Origin: Octopus sinensis
Taxonomy: Eukaryota
DNA: 64,000 nt
Direction of reading: 5' to 3'
NCBI RefSeq assembly: GCF_006345805.1
Contig: NC_043000.1
Location: forward strand, 121,768,001 to 121,832,000
Shown piece by piece: positions 40,182 to 53,770 of this stretch. The notes under the pieces are model-generated. The model had not been told where the DNA came from. It ran no database searches and saw only the letters and a list, made by a program, of their open reading frames with translations. Position 1 is the first letter of the stretch. The number at the start of each line of letters is the position of its first letter. The position numbers and the translations under genes are program-made.

Positions 40182-40638
40182 AGTGTTTGTAAATGTACAA
40201 TTGTGGGTAATTATGTGTTCTTTCTGACACGCATATTTAACTTCTCCAGTCAAAGCACGGTATATATAACGGATACTTTTCCTGTTACAGGTGGTAAAGA
40301 TCTTGAGCTGCAAAGCAGGAGAGAAGTGTTTCTAAATGTATGATGGTGGGTAATTATGTGTTTGTTGTTCTTCCTGAACTGTCATACATTCACGCATTAG
40401 CAAACACATAGTTAACGCCCCTAGTTAAAGAACGGTTTATATAATGGACACTTTTCCTGTTAGATGTGGTAAAAATTCTGAGCTGCAGGGCAGAAGAAAA
40501 GTGTTTCTAAATGTATAATGGTGGGTAAATCCGTGTATATTATTCTTTCTAAACTGCTATATATTCACGCATTTGTGCACGCATAGTTAACTTCTGCAGT
40601 TAAAGTACGGTTTATATAATGGATACGTTTTCCTGTTT
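40182..40638 (+). repeat. Diverged tandem repeat, about three units of ~140-175 bp
   Basis: Units start GTGTTT(G/C)TAAATGTA..GTGGGTAA at about 40182, 40327 and 40501. Confidence 0.85.
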
Positions 40639-40786
40639 TACATTAAGCAAAACTGAAACGTACACATTAGATAATTTCAAAATATTTCTATTTGGTTTGA
40701 CTTCAATATAAATCAAAGTTAGTTTGTCACATCTATGCTAAATGAGAGAGAATATTCTTGTTCAATTTACATATCTGTCTGTCTAT

Positions 40787-40854
<68 letters not shown>

Positions 40855-40865
40855 ATCTATCAATC

Positions 40866-40896
<31 letters not shown>

Positions 40897-41031
40897 CTAT
40901 CAATCTATCTATCTATCTCAATTTATCTATATACGTGTTGTGTGATTGTGTGTGTGCGTGTATTTGTGTGAGGGTGTTTGCTTGTTCTCAGTCAGTAAGT
41001 GTTCGTTTGTGGGCCTCGAGACATAAGCATA

Positions 41032-41234
41032 CGAGTGGGTGCTGAAAATTTCCTGGCTTTAAGGGTATCGCGAAAGGCCTCGTTGGAGACCCAACATTTC
41101 CAGGTCTTTTACAGGAATTAGAAAACGTGGAGCATCACTGCAGTGTAGGAATATGTCCAATAAAACCATAATAAACTGATCCCCGCTGTATTTTCTACTA
41201 CCCAATACCAGGAATATTTATGTATCACCCTTCG
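41032..41234. mobile_element. Mariner-type MITE, ~203 bp
   Basis: TA|CGAGTGGGTGCTGAAAATTTCCTGG ... CCAGGAATATTTATGTATCACCCTTCG|TA: imperfect TIRs with TA on both sides. Confidence 0.65.
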
Positions 41235-42195
41235 TATGAATATGTAGAAAGCAATCTAAAGAAGGTTTATGAGGAATATAAAACATATAAGATATTTGGA
41301 GCAATGGGCAATTCTTAACGTACGTCTCGCCTTCTCTTCTACCCATCTTCCTTCATATAATTCTTACACTACTCTGCCTTCATCCACCAATCCATTCCCT
41401 TCCTTAGACTTCACAGCACCAACCTTCTCATTGACTTCCCCATCGGTTTACTTCTGTTCTGCCCTACAGCTCAAAATTTATACTACCTGTACCTGACAAG
41501 GTATATTTTTAAATACTATTAACGTTATCATTAAATTTTGCCATTTTTAGAATATCCAATACATTCTTATCAAGAGAAACTGATATTTTTCTAAAATATC
41601 TAAATATATTCAACAAAATTCCAAACAGGACTAACAATTAAAATTAGAAATATACACAAGAAAGCCAAAATTTTTAGCCAACTGCGAAATCAAATTTAGT
41701 ATATCATATCTATGATAAATGATGAAGAATTTCCTTGTTCAATTTACCTGTCTATCTATCTAACTATCTATCTATCTATCTATATATCTATCTATCTATC
41801 TTCTTCTCTATCTCCTTATTTCTATACCTATCTATTTGTCTATCTATGCACATACATATATGCATGCATGTATGTATGTATGTATATACTAGCATTTTTC
41901 CCTTTCCTGGGACTGACACATGAAGTTGGCAACAAACCACCACTTTATCGTGGTGTATAATCTCTCTCAGTGAGAATTAGAAATGCAATATTTCTAATTA
42001 TATATATATAGTCAATAAAAAAATGGAGAAGTAAAATTAAAAAGATGATGGGTTTGTTTTATTTGTATTACAATTGGAAAAGTAATGCAAATTAAAAGAT
42101 GAAAATATGTACTTATAAGAGTATAAAAGGAACCGCCTCTAGCAACAAAATAACCCAAAAATACCTCTCCATCCCCCAAAAAAACATATTCTACA

Positions 42196-42580
42196 TCTCT
42201 TATATAAAATCCGTCCTGTCTGTATGTGTGTGTGTCTTCTAGGGTCTCGGGCATCCTCCATCCGATACCGCTCAAATTTGATATGTAGATACCAACGGTA
42301 TCAGGGCATCTGTAAGTCTTGAAAAACTACAAAAATCGATTCCAGGTGACAATGCGATCGATAAAGCCACGGGAACGTGCATTTGTAAAATCGTTTTTCT
42401 TGGAATAGAAAAGAAAGTCTATCTTTATATCTTCTTTTGCTGATGTCTCAAATTTAGGTTAAATCAGTGTTCATCAAGGACTATGGGACGGTCGGGCAAG
42501 AGGTTTTGAGAAAATTTAGTTTAAATGTTAGACAACACAGCACATTGGACGGGGGGCCTTTTGCTCGTACATATATATGT
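42196..42580 (+). mobile_element. Helitron-like non-autonomous family E; 3' end not resolved
   Basis: A|TCTCTTATATAAAA start followed by a (GTCT/GT) tract; aligns with 53361-53770. Confidence 0.55.
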
Positions 42581-42955
42581 TTCGATATAACAATATTAAA
42601 GAATCATAAATTATTATACACATATCCCTCAAACTATGGCATGGCTTTACAGAGATTCAATCGGGAGAATTGATCGATGCACTATCTTTTGATCCCTGAG
42701 CTATTCTACCACTCTGGTTGGCTATACCGCGAAGTAAGGTTAGTCTGAATATAGCAGTACTGGTTGTTAAACAGTGGTAAGAGACGAACACAGACAAAAT
42801 ATTTCTTTCTCTCATGCATACACACACACACATAGGCGCGTACGCATGCACACACACAGGCTGTCTCACACACATGAGTGCATGCAAATAATTTTCCCCT
42901 TTCTTTTCAGCCTTAAACTATTAATCCCTTTTCGCATAATCACACACACAGACAC

Positions 42956-43042
<87 letters not shown>

Positions 43043-43084
43043 ATTTATGTATATTTATGTATATGTGGATGTCTCTATATATAC

Positions 43085-43121
<37 letters not shown>

Positions 43122-43545
43122 CGATTGCACACGATCACAAACAATATACCTTGACTCATACGTGGACGTTTTTCTTATGTTTCAGTTTAAGCGTTGACAC
43201 CTCATAATTGATAGCTATTTTGATAACTGACCTAACAGATAGCTTTCATGTATCACACACCAGGGATCACTAACATCGTTATTTCAAGTAATAGAGAGAT
43301 AGAAATATTTAGAATATATATAAGTATTCGTGTAAGGCACAACGTTATTTAATTAAGTTAGGCAACTACGCATAAAAACGCTGAGGGCATATGCATAAGT
43401 AAGGAGTCCTATCGTTCTCTTTGAATAAGGTAAATTTAACATCACTGCAAAATTAAAGCCTCTGTTTGAGTCATATCTTTTAGGTCTTCCGAAAAGATAT
43501 AGAAATAATTGCCTTTGTCTAATATTACACAATCACAGGAAAGAA

Positions 43546-44728
43546 TCTCTCTATATATCAAACTGAGAATGTGTGTGTGTGTCTGTATGTGTGTTTCCCT
43601 AAAACTTGAGAACTACACAACCAATTTCATTCAAATTTTACACATGCTTTACTTGGGGTCCGGGGAGTGTCATCGGCAAAAACAATTTTAACTTTTTGCC
43701 TAGGGTGAGCCCAGAGCAACATCATATCTTCTCCACTACGATTCCCTAAAACTTGAGAACTACACAACCAATTTCATTCAAATTTTACACATGTCTTACT
43801 TAGGGTCCATGTAGTGTCATGGGCAAAACAAATGTTCAACTTCTTGCCTAGAGCGAAACCATAGCAATATCATATCTTCTCCACTATTTCAATATTACGT
43901 GTTAAAAGTGAAACAAAACCATTTCTCTATTTTATGTCATTTTATGGTTATTGTTTAAAAATTGAATTGTGTCCCTGTTTTCGGAAATCGACAATATTTC
44001 CACCGCTTACAGGGAAGCATTTTTGTTAGAATGCCGTCGATAGAAGAAAGTCCAAAAATGAATTTCGCTGTAGCCGTCGGTGGGCGCGAACTCATTGAAA
44101 TTAAAATGAAAGAAATACGGATTGATCACTGACAAAGACGGTGAATCTAGGATAACACCACCAAACGAAATAAAAAATTAAATTAAAGAAAAGAATATTG
44201 TCTATAAAGTCTACAATGTAGAGAGAAAAAAAAGATTTGAGCATCTGGAGGAAAGCACCATCGAAAAGTGTATTGGTGCGACTATGAAAGATATCTAAAT
44301 AGAGGCGGTAAATTCGCCACAATAGAAGCAAGGTTCGAGTCAACGGAGCATGCAAGGGAGTACTCGACTCGAACCTTGGAAAGTGGAAATATTTTACTCT
44401 TACCTTTATATCTGGGACGTAGGACGTCCCGGATAAAATTTTTTAAATGTCCCCCCAGAAGTAGAGGTAGGCTGGATTGTAGCCACACTTCTATACAAGA
44501 GGGAGCACAAGATACAATTGATCGAAATTGCAATAGACGGGCCTACAATTTCAGTCTGTTATATATTTTGAGTATTGTTATCACTAGCGATATCAAGATA
44601 TAACTTTGTATTTTGTATTTTATGTGTAGATGTATATATATAGATGTACATGTAATATGTACACATATATATACACATATAAACATGCACTAGCACTATG
44701 ACCTGGGAAGGACGGGTCATAATGCTAG
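43546..44728 (+). mobile_element. Non-autonomous Helitron (~1.18 kb) containing a gag/ORF1-like fragment
   Basis: A|TCTCTCTATATATCAAACTGAGAATGT start; internal 147-bp tandem duplication (43595/43742); 3' hairpin TATGACC-TGGGAAGGACG-GGTCATA, then ATGCTAG|T. Confidence 0.8.
44185..44545 (+). pseudogene. gag/ORF1-like fragment homologous to ORF 288-803
   Basis: KNIVYKVY..FEHLEESTIEK..YLNRGGKFATIEARFESTEHAR..LLLPLYLGRRTSRIK..PPEVEVGWIVA versus RTIKYKVF..MEVINMEAIEE..YMTKGLEYGTITVQFKSEKAAR..YLFPSYLNRRTTRIR..PPHLEGELITA. Confidence 0.75.
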
Positions 44729-44980
44729 TTTATGATATTTTTTTCGTAACTCTATATGTAGTATATAAAAATGCTTACTGATATCTTCCCTCTTACACAC
44801 ACACACATACACACACACACACACACTCACAGATTAAGCGAGAGAGAAACAGCGAGACACACACGCACGCCCATACACACTTCTATCTATCGAATTATAT
44901 ACATACACACACAGAAATACATATATAATTATAGATATCCAATCGAGGTGAGTGTTTGTATATACATATATATGTATCTG

Positions 44981-45385
44981 TGCATGTGGCTATGTGGTAA
45001 GTAGCTTGATTACCAACCACATAGTTCTGGGTTCAGTCCCACTGCGTGGCCTTTTGGGTAAGTGTCTTCTACTATAACCTCGGGCCGACCAAAGCCTTGT
45101 GAGTGGATTTGGTAGACGGAAACTGAAAGAAACCCGCCTTATATATATATATATATGTATATATGTGAATATGTTTGTGTGTATGTGTTTGTCCCACCCC
45201 AACATCGCTTGAAAACCGATGCTTGTGTGTTTACGTCCATGTAACTTAGCGGTTCGGCACAAGACCCGATAGAATAAGTACTAGGCTTACAAAGAATAAG
45301 TCCTGGAGTTGATCTGCTCGACTGAAATGCGGTGCTCCAGCCTGGCCACAGTGAAATGACTGAAACAAGTAAAAGAGTAAAAGAG
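44981..45385 (+). mobile_element. SINE family A
   Basis: Matches the consensus. Confidence 0.9.
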
Positions 45386-45729
45386 AGTGAAAAGAGTTAT
45401 ATAGATGTATAGTATATATAATACAGCTAAGCACTCCCATAACTTCATCCAATTCTCAATTTTAATCTGTGTCTGTCTATCACTCGTATATTTATATATA
45501 TAGAATTCTCATCCATTGTAACCTTTTCTATAAAGACATTTAATATATATGCCACAACGAAACACAATTAAATCTTATCTACATTAGATTTACTAAGCCC
45601 TATGTGAGCATGTGTCCTGATACATAAATATAGCAAACAGTAAATTATTTTCTAATACATATGAAGAAGAAATAATACAACTGATGATTACCACAAAGCA
45701 TTTTTTTCTGTTTGCACATGTATTGTCTA

Positions 45730-46886
45730 CTAGCAGCATAGCCTGGCGTTGCCCGGGTATGTAAGAGCCCCTTGCAGGCAACGACTAATCCCAATTTAGT
45801 CCTTTCCCGCTAGGGAACGAAGGCGCATGTGTAGGTTGCAATATCTTCCCTTCACTCCCAAATAACTATCAAACAGCTATCGATAATTTAACCCAACCAA
45901 TTCCTACCAGGACGAAATTACATTCGAGACTTTACCCCCAACACCGCCACTTCAGCTAATAGCTGCTGCAGCCGCAAGTTATTCGAATACTTTTTTTGTT
46001 TAAACTTTCTTTATAACTACCACCCCAAACGTATTACCTTAAATTTTTGACGTACCCTAAGGGTCCTCGGACGTTACTTGCAAACTCTTAGTTTATTATA
46101 AACCGCTGTTGTCGTGTGCACCTTTTCCATTCGTTTGTTCAGTTTGGTCACTTTTGACTTTTTCGTTGTTGTCACTCACATTGCTGCCCGCTTTTTTGCT
46201 GTTTTTGTACATTTTTATACATTTTGGGATAATTACCACACGTGTTCCGAGAGGTAAAAAGGTCGAGTTGCGTCCCCTAGACAGTCTGAGGTTTGTGCTT
46301 AATACACAAATCGGTTTGCTATGTGTGCCACATATGATTTAATTAACCGATTTTTTTCCAGTAATAAAGTATCCTATTGGAATAAAAAGGGTCATATAGC
46401 TCCTTGGAGTAGACATGATGCTCGCTGTGAATTTTTTAAAAATTCCTGCCAATATGTGAAAGATATTGTCGAAAATATGTCATCTTGAATTTGAACGGGA
46501 TTTCCCAAAATGGCATGATTTTATCGATTTTTTTCTGATGGTAAGGTATTGCATGGAAAACTAACGTCAGAATTAAGTTTCTTAGGGTAACATTAAGCTT
46601 CACCATGAGTTTGGTGAAAATCGATTGCAAGTTGCGAAAACTACAACAGAAAATGTGTTGCATATAAAAAGCTTAGATTCTCGACCCCATGTCGAATTTA
46701 TCGATTTTTTTCAGAACTGGGGGAACTTTTTAAAGTTTTCGCTGCGTTAGTTTTGAATTATGACGTTGGGCTATGTGTGTGTCAAGTGTCATCAGAATCG
46801 GTTGAAAGTCGTGGTCAGGGTGAAGGTACAACCTGACAGACACATAGACACACAGACAGACAAACTGCCGTTTATATAGAGAGAGA
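45730..46886 (-). mobile_element. Non-autonomous Helitron (~1.16 kb)
   Basis: 5' ~210 bp match 17034-17240 (A|TCTCTCTCTATATAAACGGCAG); 3' CCCGGGCAACGCCAGG hairpin + CTATGCTGCTAG|T. Confidence 0.8.
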
Positions 46887-47844
46887 TGAAGAAAATGTTC
46901 TCTCGACTGTATTTTCTCGCCAAGTGTTTAGAAATATTTAAATGTATTTGTAGACGAATATATTTCATTCAACTCTTCGAATTGCTCCTGCAGTTAATTA
47001 ATGACAGCTCGACAAATATTTTGCCTAAATGTTAAATCTGTTATTTGTAGTACTTATGTTTCAGAACCAAATGTTCACACGGGGCTTAGAAATAATGATT
47101 CTGTATTTGTAACTGATGAAGCGTTTCGGTGGAGAAATGCTTGCAACCTACGATACTATGCCATACTTCAGAGCCTAACGATCGTTTGTCATACATATTA
47201 TATCTATGGAAAGAACTTTTCCTCTACACGATTTCCACACCAAAAGTCTTCTCGCGTCCAATTGTATACGAACATGTGACATATAATTATATTCACACAT
47301 ATTCATTCAATGCTGCATCTCAAGCCTCCAGTTACACACGCTTGCATGCTCATATACACAGACAGGATACACACACACACTCACAGACTAATAGACAGAC
47401 AGACAGACAGACAGACAGATAGATAGATAAATAAATAGAGAGAAAGAGAGAGAGAAAGGACACAGCCAGTCCACGCTGTCCTTTACGCATAAATGAGATT
47501 TCCATTAAAACTATTTATACAAATTCACCTCTCCATCATATAAATTTATGACATCTGATATTAATATACTGCAAGATAAATATGGTGTCTAAAAGCTTGG
47601 ATAGTTTTGCTAGTAAATATAAAAGTGGAGAGTACTTTATTATCTTGGCACTAATACAAATTGATGTAATCTTTTAGTACTAGAACATAGTTTTGATCAG
47701 TAAGCTACTATAATAATATCAAAAGTTTAATTATTATGTATTTCCTTCAATCTTCTACAAGTAAGAGTTTATGTATTTCTTACTCTTTACAGCGTAGTAG
47801 CAAGTACATATGACAGAATATATCACTTCAGTCTTATATTTGTA

Positions 47845-48234
47845 CTAGCAGTATCGCCCGGCGTTGCTCGGGTTTATTGCGACCCTTTAGAATTGGAGTT
47901 TTTTAAAAGTAAAAGTTTTGCATTATGTAGCTTGTTATTCTCTTTAAGTGAACATTTTATGGTTGAAATACACCGAAAAATGGCGCCACAGCAGTTAAAA
48001 AATCGTAAAAAATAGGGATTTTCATAGAAAAAGAAACACCTTTTTGATGTAAATAATTTTTGGTATTAACATAGTCCGATTTGAATGTTTTCTGCTACGG
48101 AATGGAGAACAAGCCTTCTTCTAGCATACTTTCAATTTTGGGCAACTTGCGCCGCAGGGTCTTGGAGGAGATAGTGTTAGTTGAAGGCTACCAAACCTGT
48201 CATACACAGACAACTTCGGCTTTATATAGAGAGA
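47845..48234 (-). mobile_element. Non-autonomous Helitron, 390 bp
   Basis: A|TCTCTCTATATAAAGCCG start; 3' CCCGAGCAACGCCGGGCGATACTGCTAG|T, nearly identical to 17388-17416. Confidence 0.85.
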
Positions 48235-48239
48235 TTGGG

Positions 48240-48600
48240 CGTGTGAGCATATATTCCCTCCAACGTCGCCGTGAGCGCTACATGATATGCATGATGTGGA
48301 AAATAAGCCATCAGCATTGCCCGACGGATGCTGACATCGCCTTTGGTATAAACCCGAGACATGGACACCGTGCTCTCCACCGACAACATAAATGATACTC
48401 GCATTTCACGACAACAATACGGAACAATTATTTCGCATCAATTGGCTCCGTTCTCTTTAACATTACACCAAAAAATATTAAAGGAGAAACAGATCCTGTA
48501 ATGTTCAAGACGTCTTTGGACAAATTCCATCAAAGATCACCGATAAAGCTCCTACACCAGGATGTGTCTCCGCAAACAATAACTCTCTCTTCGAGTAGGT
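48240..48600 (+). mobile_element. CR1/L2-like LINE 3' fragment
   Basis: YSLQRRRERYMICMMWKI..NPRHG..LFNI.PK.IK..FKTSLDKF..P..PG.. Confidence 0.75.
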
Positions 48601-50564
48601 CATGAGATAAGTGTTACAAGGTCGTGATCACCTGATTTGGGATGAACTTCCTCATTTCTTGGACCTATTTTCTCTTTCTCTCAGTGGGGCAGGCATAATT
48701 TCAACTTACTACTCTCTACCTATCCATACAGCCGTCGAGTACTTTGATATTCTGCTTTGGGAGGGATATATGCATGTGTTTTGTAAAAACCTGTATATAG
48801 AGACGATGAGGAAAATTTTGCAGTGTATTGTAATTGCATTTAATGGAATATATGTGCACACAAGTTTCCTGTGGATACTCACGACTGGTACAGTCTCACT
48901 TATTGATATCTGATATTGACGAATATACAAAATTAGCCACGTGTGGTAGTATACACGCGGTGCATCACTTATAAATAAAGCATATATATTAAAACGTAGA
49001 TATTGGTTGAGATGTTTTCTCAATACGTTTAACGGTACATCAGTCATTTTTTATTCGTGAAACGAATGCTAAATACGTGTTGATATATTTTTCAAAATAC
49101 GTTCCATAAGAAATATAAAAACTCTAATAGCGATATTTTAGATAATTGCATAGAGGTATGTTACAGTTTTATGTGAATCATGCTCAGAATGTCTCAGTAT
49201 TAGGCATAACATGTTGTATACATTAATGTAGGCATCACGTTGGTCTTCATTAAATAAAAACGCAATGCTTACATAAATGCTATTTTAGTACTGATATGAC
49301 CCAACCTCAGTGAACTGAACATAAAAGTACTGATGATTTTTAAAATAAAATTTTAATTAAAAATCGTATATAAATAGAATAAATGAACATGTATATAATA
49401 GTTAAATGCTAAGGGATTACAACATGATAATCTCATATCTATTATTTCGTGTTATAGACAGCACAAAATATGGTATTTGAAGCTTAGGTCTTAGGAATAC
49501 ATAATTGCCAGTTCTCCATTTTATATCCAGGCTAAGCGAGATTAGCCGTTCATATTTATAGCTCTAGGTAAGTAATAAGTGTGTAGGCGTATGCATAAAC
49601 ATACGCGTACACACGCATACACACACGCATATATACATTTAAATGTGTATATGAATGGGAACGTGAATCTGCAAGTAGACAGGAAATCGAAAGTTCTGAA
49701 TAGATGCCACCAAATTTATATGTTCCTTTAGCTTTCGTTATCCAATTCAATGAATAAGATTCCGATATTCAGCTCACAAACATATACACACGCGAACGCA
49801 CAGGTGGACACACAGGTACACACACACAGGTGCCTATGCATAGTCAGTCTGCTTCCATCTATAGATACAGCGCATTGATACATCATCAGAGATACATCAT
49901 TGATACATCAATGGAGTCAAGTACTTACAACATACATCCTTCTCCAGGTAACTTTGGATCAAACGAAGGATTTAAAACTTGCACCAAAGCCTCAGTCTAC
50001 AGGCTCTAAGGATGAGTTCTATTCAGATGGAATAGTCTTTCTGAGTGTTACTTTGGGCAACTGTTTCCTACTGTAGCACGGACACACAAATAACTTATGA
50101 CTGAAAGTAGGGGTCAGAAACTGTGTAGAATTCTGTCGTATATATATATATTATAGAAGGCATTATTACACATGAATTCCACACACTAGGAGGGATTCTT
50201 AAAGTCAAAACTACTGAAATAGATAACCATATCGTACCGAATACAACTCTCGAAGCGAGTCATTTAAAAACAGAATTCAGCTACAGATCACCTGTGATTT
50301 CGTAATCAGTGCAGTAGTTTGCACTCTTTACTCATCAGTGCAAGGATAATTCAAGATTTATAATGAATAAACAAAATCAACATACCAGACGAACAACCAT
50401 CGTATCCACCGTAGTATATAGAACCGTTCCCCCCTTATACATCTATGTAAATGGCAGGCTTTTTCGAATTGCATTTTGATAACAATGTGCTTACTCGGAA
50501 TCAAAATTCAGTATTGAATATACTCCGGTTAAATTTATAATTTAAAAATAGGATAAAATCTTCA

Positions 50565-50697
50565 TAAGAATTTATCAAGTAGTTAGCGTGAATAACCTCA
50601 TAAGAGAAAAAACCCACCAATTTTATATTTAAGTGAAAAAATTGGTGGATTTTTTCTCTTATGAGGTTTTTGACGCTACCTACTTGATAAATTCTTA
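50565..50697. repeat. Inverted repeat, ~60-bp arms with a ~13-nt spacer (MITE-like)
   Basis: TAAGAATTTATCAAGTAG..CCACCAATTTT and its reverse complement, about 4 mismatches. Confidence 0.85.
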
Positions 50698-52552
50698 CGT
50701 TAGGGTTTCAATACATCTAATTGCAAATCTAAGGAAATGTCTAAAAAAATCCACATCATTTAGGTTAGTTTCTATCGTTATCCGTAAGTTCATTTTTGAA
50801 AGAAAGTAATAGGATTCTTCCTAAGTCTTTCTAACTCACTGCCGTTGATAAGGCTGTTGTCCCTGTACAGTCCTAAATTGTACATTTATACGGATAACCT
50901 TATTTTGTTCTATTCGTAATCAAAACTGTCCGATAAACGAGAACGAAGAACTCTGATTGACATATTTTGTGATATTTTTGTGATGTTTTGGCAGCTTTAA
51001 GAATATTACGTGCGTGTGTGTGTGTGTGTGTATGTTTATGCGTGTCTGTGTGTAAGTGTGTGTGTTTGTGCGTATAACTGTTTTATCTATGTGTATATGT
51101 TTCTTTCTGTTTGGTTGTCATCACTCACCGCCACTTGATAACCAGTCTTGAATTGTTTGCTTGATCGGAAGGTAACTCAGTCCACGTCAATACCCTCAAG
51201 GGCAATTTTTCAGCAAGGTTGTTTGGAACATGCTGGAGCCGACTTTTTAAATATAATACAACGCAAAGATATATGGGTATTTTAAACAATTTAGAAGGAG
51301 CACAATTTTTAGTAGTATTCGCACAAAATTCCTAATATACATCGAACATTTGAGGGCGGAAGCTTCAATAAATGGTAGGGAAGCCAGGAGTAACATTGTT
51401 CGCCGACATACAGTGTAGTTACCCCTTTATGTGGCCTTATTTTCACCAAACAGACTGCGACAGACGTGTAAACGTCCCGATTCATGACCCCAACTGTTTC
51501 GAGACGTTGGAAACAAAAATAACCCACGATTGCACTGATGGTGTGACAACTGTAAGTCTAACGAAGCGGTCCATATATGTGTTCTTTGGTTTTAGGATGA
51601 CCTCATTAATATATTACGCATATCTGATCAGAGGATCGACAGATTACGTGAGGTACAATTAAGTGTGATGAATGCTTATGAATCTAGTATTTGATCGGAG
51701 AGATGTGGTTTTTAAATACGAGCATCATACTACAAATATAAGTATGATTCGAATAGTCCATGCTGTTTGTCTAATTTTGGAAAACCATATCTGCTCAGAG
51801 TTAAACAATTCCTAGCTATGTCGACAATAACTACTGGCTTATATTCATGTGAGTGTGTCTCTTTGTGTATTATAGTGACTCTGTTACATCTCCAATAATT
51901 AAAATTTTGTTATATTGTATTCTTACATTATGAGAATATATATTATATACAAACCTTGCTTTACATATTTTTAATAACTTTAGTTACACGCTATTTAAGT
52001 AGATATCGAATATAAAGTGCTATTAATGTAGAATTCAATTTTGGATAGTGATGTTTTTTTTTTCTTATATTCCTTACAAAACATAATTAATGTAGATCGA
52101 TGTTTACTTCTTGTCAGTAATAACACCCAACCTTTCTATCTAATTGTAATGGAAAACTTCTAATATATATTCCATCACTTTGAAAGGCTCCGTTTTTACG
52201 AAAGAATTTGAATACAATGAAAAACAACTGCATGTTAAAATAAAGCACCTCTATGTATTTTGCTCTTTATATACGAATAGAAAGCGGAATTCAACAATAC
52301 TGTATACGAAAACCGCACATCAATGAAATTGTATAATTTCTAAGCACAATCAGCGTACCATTAAATAATATTCAATGAAATCAAAAATATCAATCTTCCA
52401 AATTACAAATTCTTCATAGGATTTCTGTATTCAGAGAAAATATTTGTATCATATACACAACAATAATTTCAATATATTATCTATCTGTCAATTTCTTCAT
52501 TTCTCCACCCTCCCTATCTCACCTTCTCCCTGTCTCTCCCACACTTTCTCTG

Positions 52553-52593
<41 letters not shown>

Positions 52594-53360
52594 GTCTATC
52601 TATCTATATATCTATCTATCTATCTCTACCTACATACATACACATGATCAAAATTTACGCTTAAGAATCGTTTCAGAATTTGTTTATTATTACAGCCTAC
52701 TTTACATAATCTTTACACGTGTTTCACTAGCGTATACTAGTGGGTTTTACGGTTGCATAATCGATCTTTAATGGCAAATCATCAGAACGAAACAGTAATT
52801 TATAACATTGCTGGTCGCCAACGCTAGATGATAGGCAAATAAAATTTTTTATATTATAAATAATGTAATAATATATATATATATATATATATATCTGTGT
52901 ATGTGTGTGTATTTATGTATGTATGTCTGTGTGTGTGTGCGTATGTATGCATCTACATGACTGTGAAACTATCCGGCAGGAATCAGAAGCATAAATGAGA
53001 AATTAGTGTGTTAAACTACAATACTTTTAATTCATCTTTTTCTTTAGAGCGATTTCTCTAAATATCATCTAATATACACCTTTTGTAGAGTACTGTGATA
53101 TGTTGATTTGTATATATTTTAATTAAAAAGAAAAACTTATTTGTAAAAATTATATATAGTGACACTGAGACGCTGCGTCTCACTCATTTTAGATTTATAG
53201 ATTTTAAAAACTGTTTACAGAAATTTCTAGCTGTGAAAGTGTTTGCTACATATTGTTAGCAATGAAGACAATATGGATCGCTTATATTATGAATGTGATG
53301 TTTTAAAGGACAACACGTTACTATTAGCGATTTGGTGACACATATGAAAGGGCTAGAATA

Positions 53361-53770
53361 TCTATTATAAAAAAAAACCCGTTGTGTCTGTCTGTGTGTG
53401 TGTCTTCTAGGATCTTGGGCATCCTACATCCGTTTGCGCTCAAATTTGATATGTAGATACCGACGGTATCAGGGCGTGTATAAGTCTTGGAAAAATTACA
53501 AAACTCGATTCCAGGTGAGAATGTGATTGATAAAGCCGTGGGAACGTGCATTTGTATGCGCAAGTACATCAGCTGTTTCGATCGATACTACGCGTACGCG
53601 AGAAAAGTGCACGGACGGTGTCTCAAATTTAGGTTAAATCAGTGTTTCTCAAACAAAAGGGGAGGCCTATGGAACGGTCGGACAAGTTTTTTTGAGAAAA
53701 TTTGGTTTAAATATTTGACAACTCAGCACCGTTCATTGGATGGGGGGCGTTTTGTTCGTATATGTATATG
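53361..53770 (+). mobile_element. Helitron-like family E, second copy
   Basis: A|TCTATTATAAAAA start; aligns with 42196-42580 apart from a divergent middle. Confidence 0.55.

Noticed and set aside
47108-47150. CTGATGA..GAAA motif
   Set aside because: Stem II does not close next to GAAA and there is no UH cleavage triplet.
49531-49567. AG..GTAAGT-bounded candidate exon
   Set aside because: Stop codons in all three frames.
51280-51600. Possible Tc1-like transposase remnant on the minus strand
   Set aside because: No TIRs or catalytic motifs could be confirmed.
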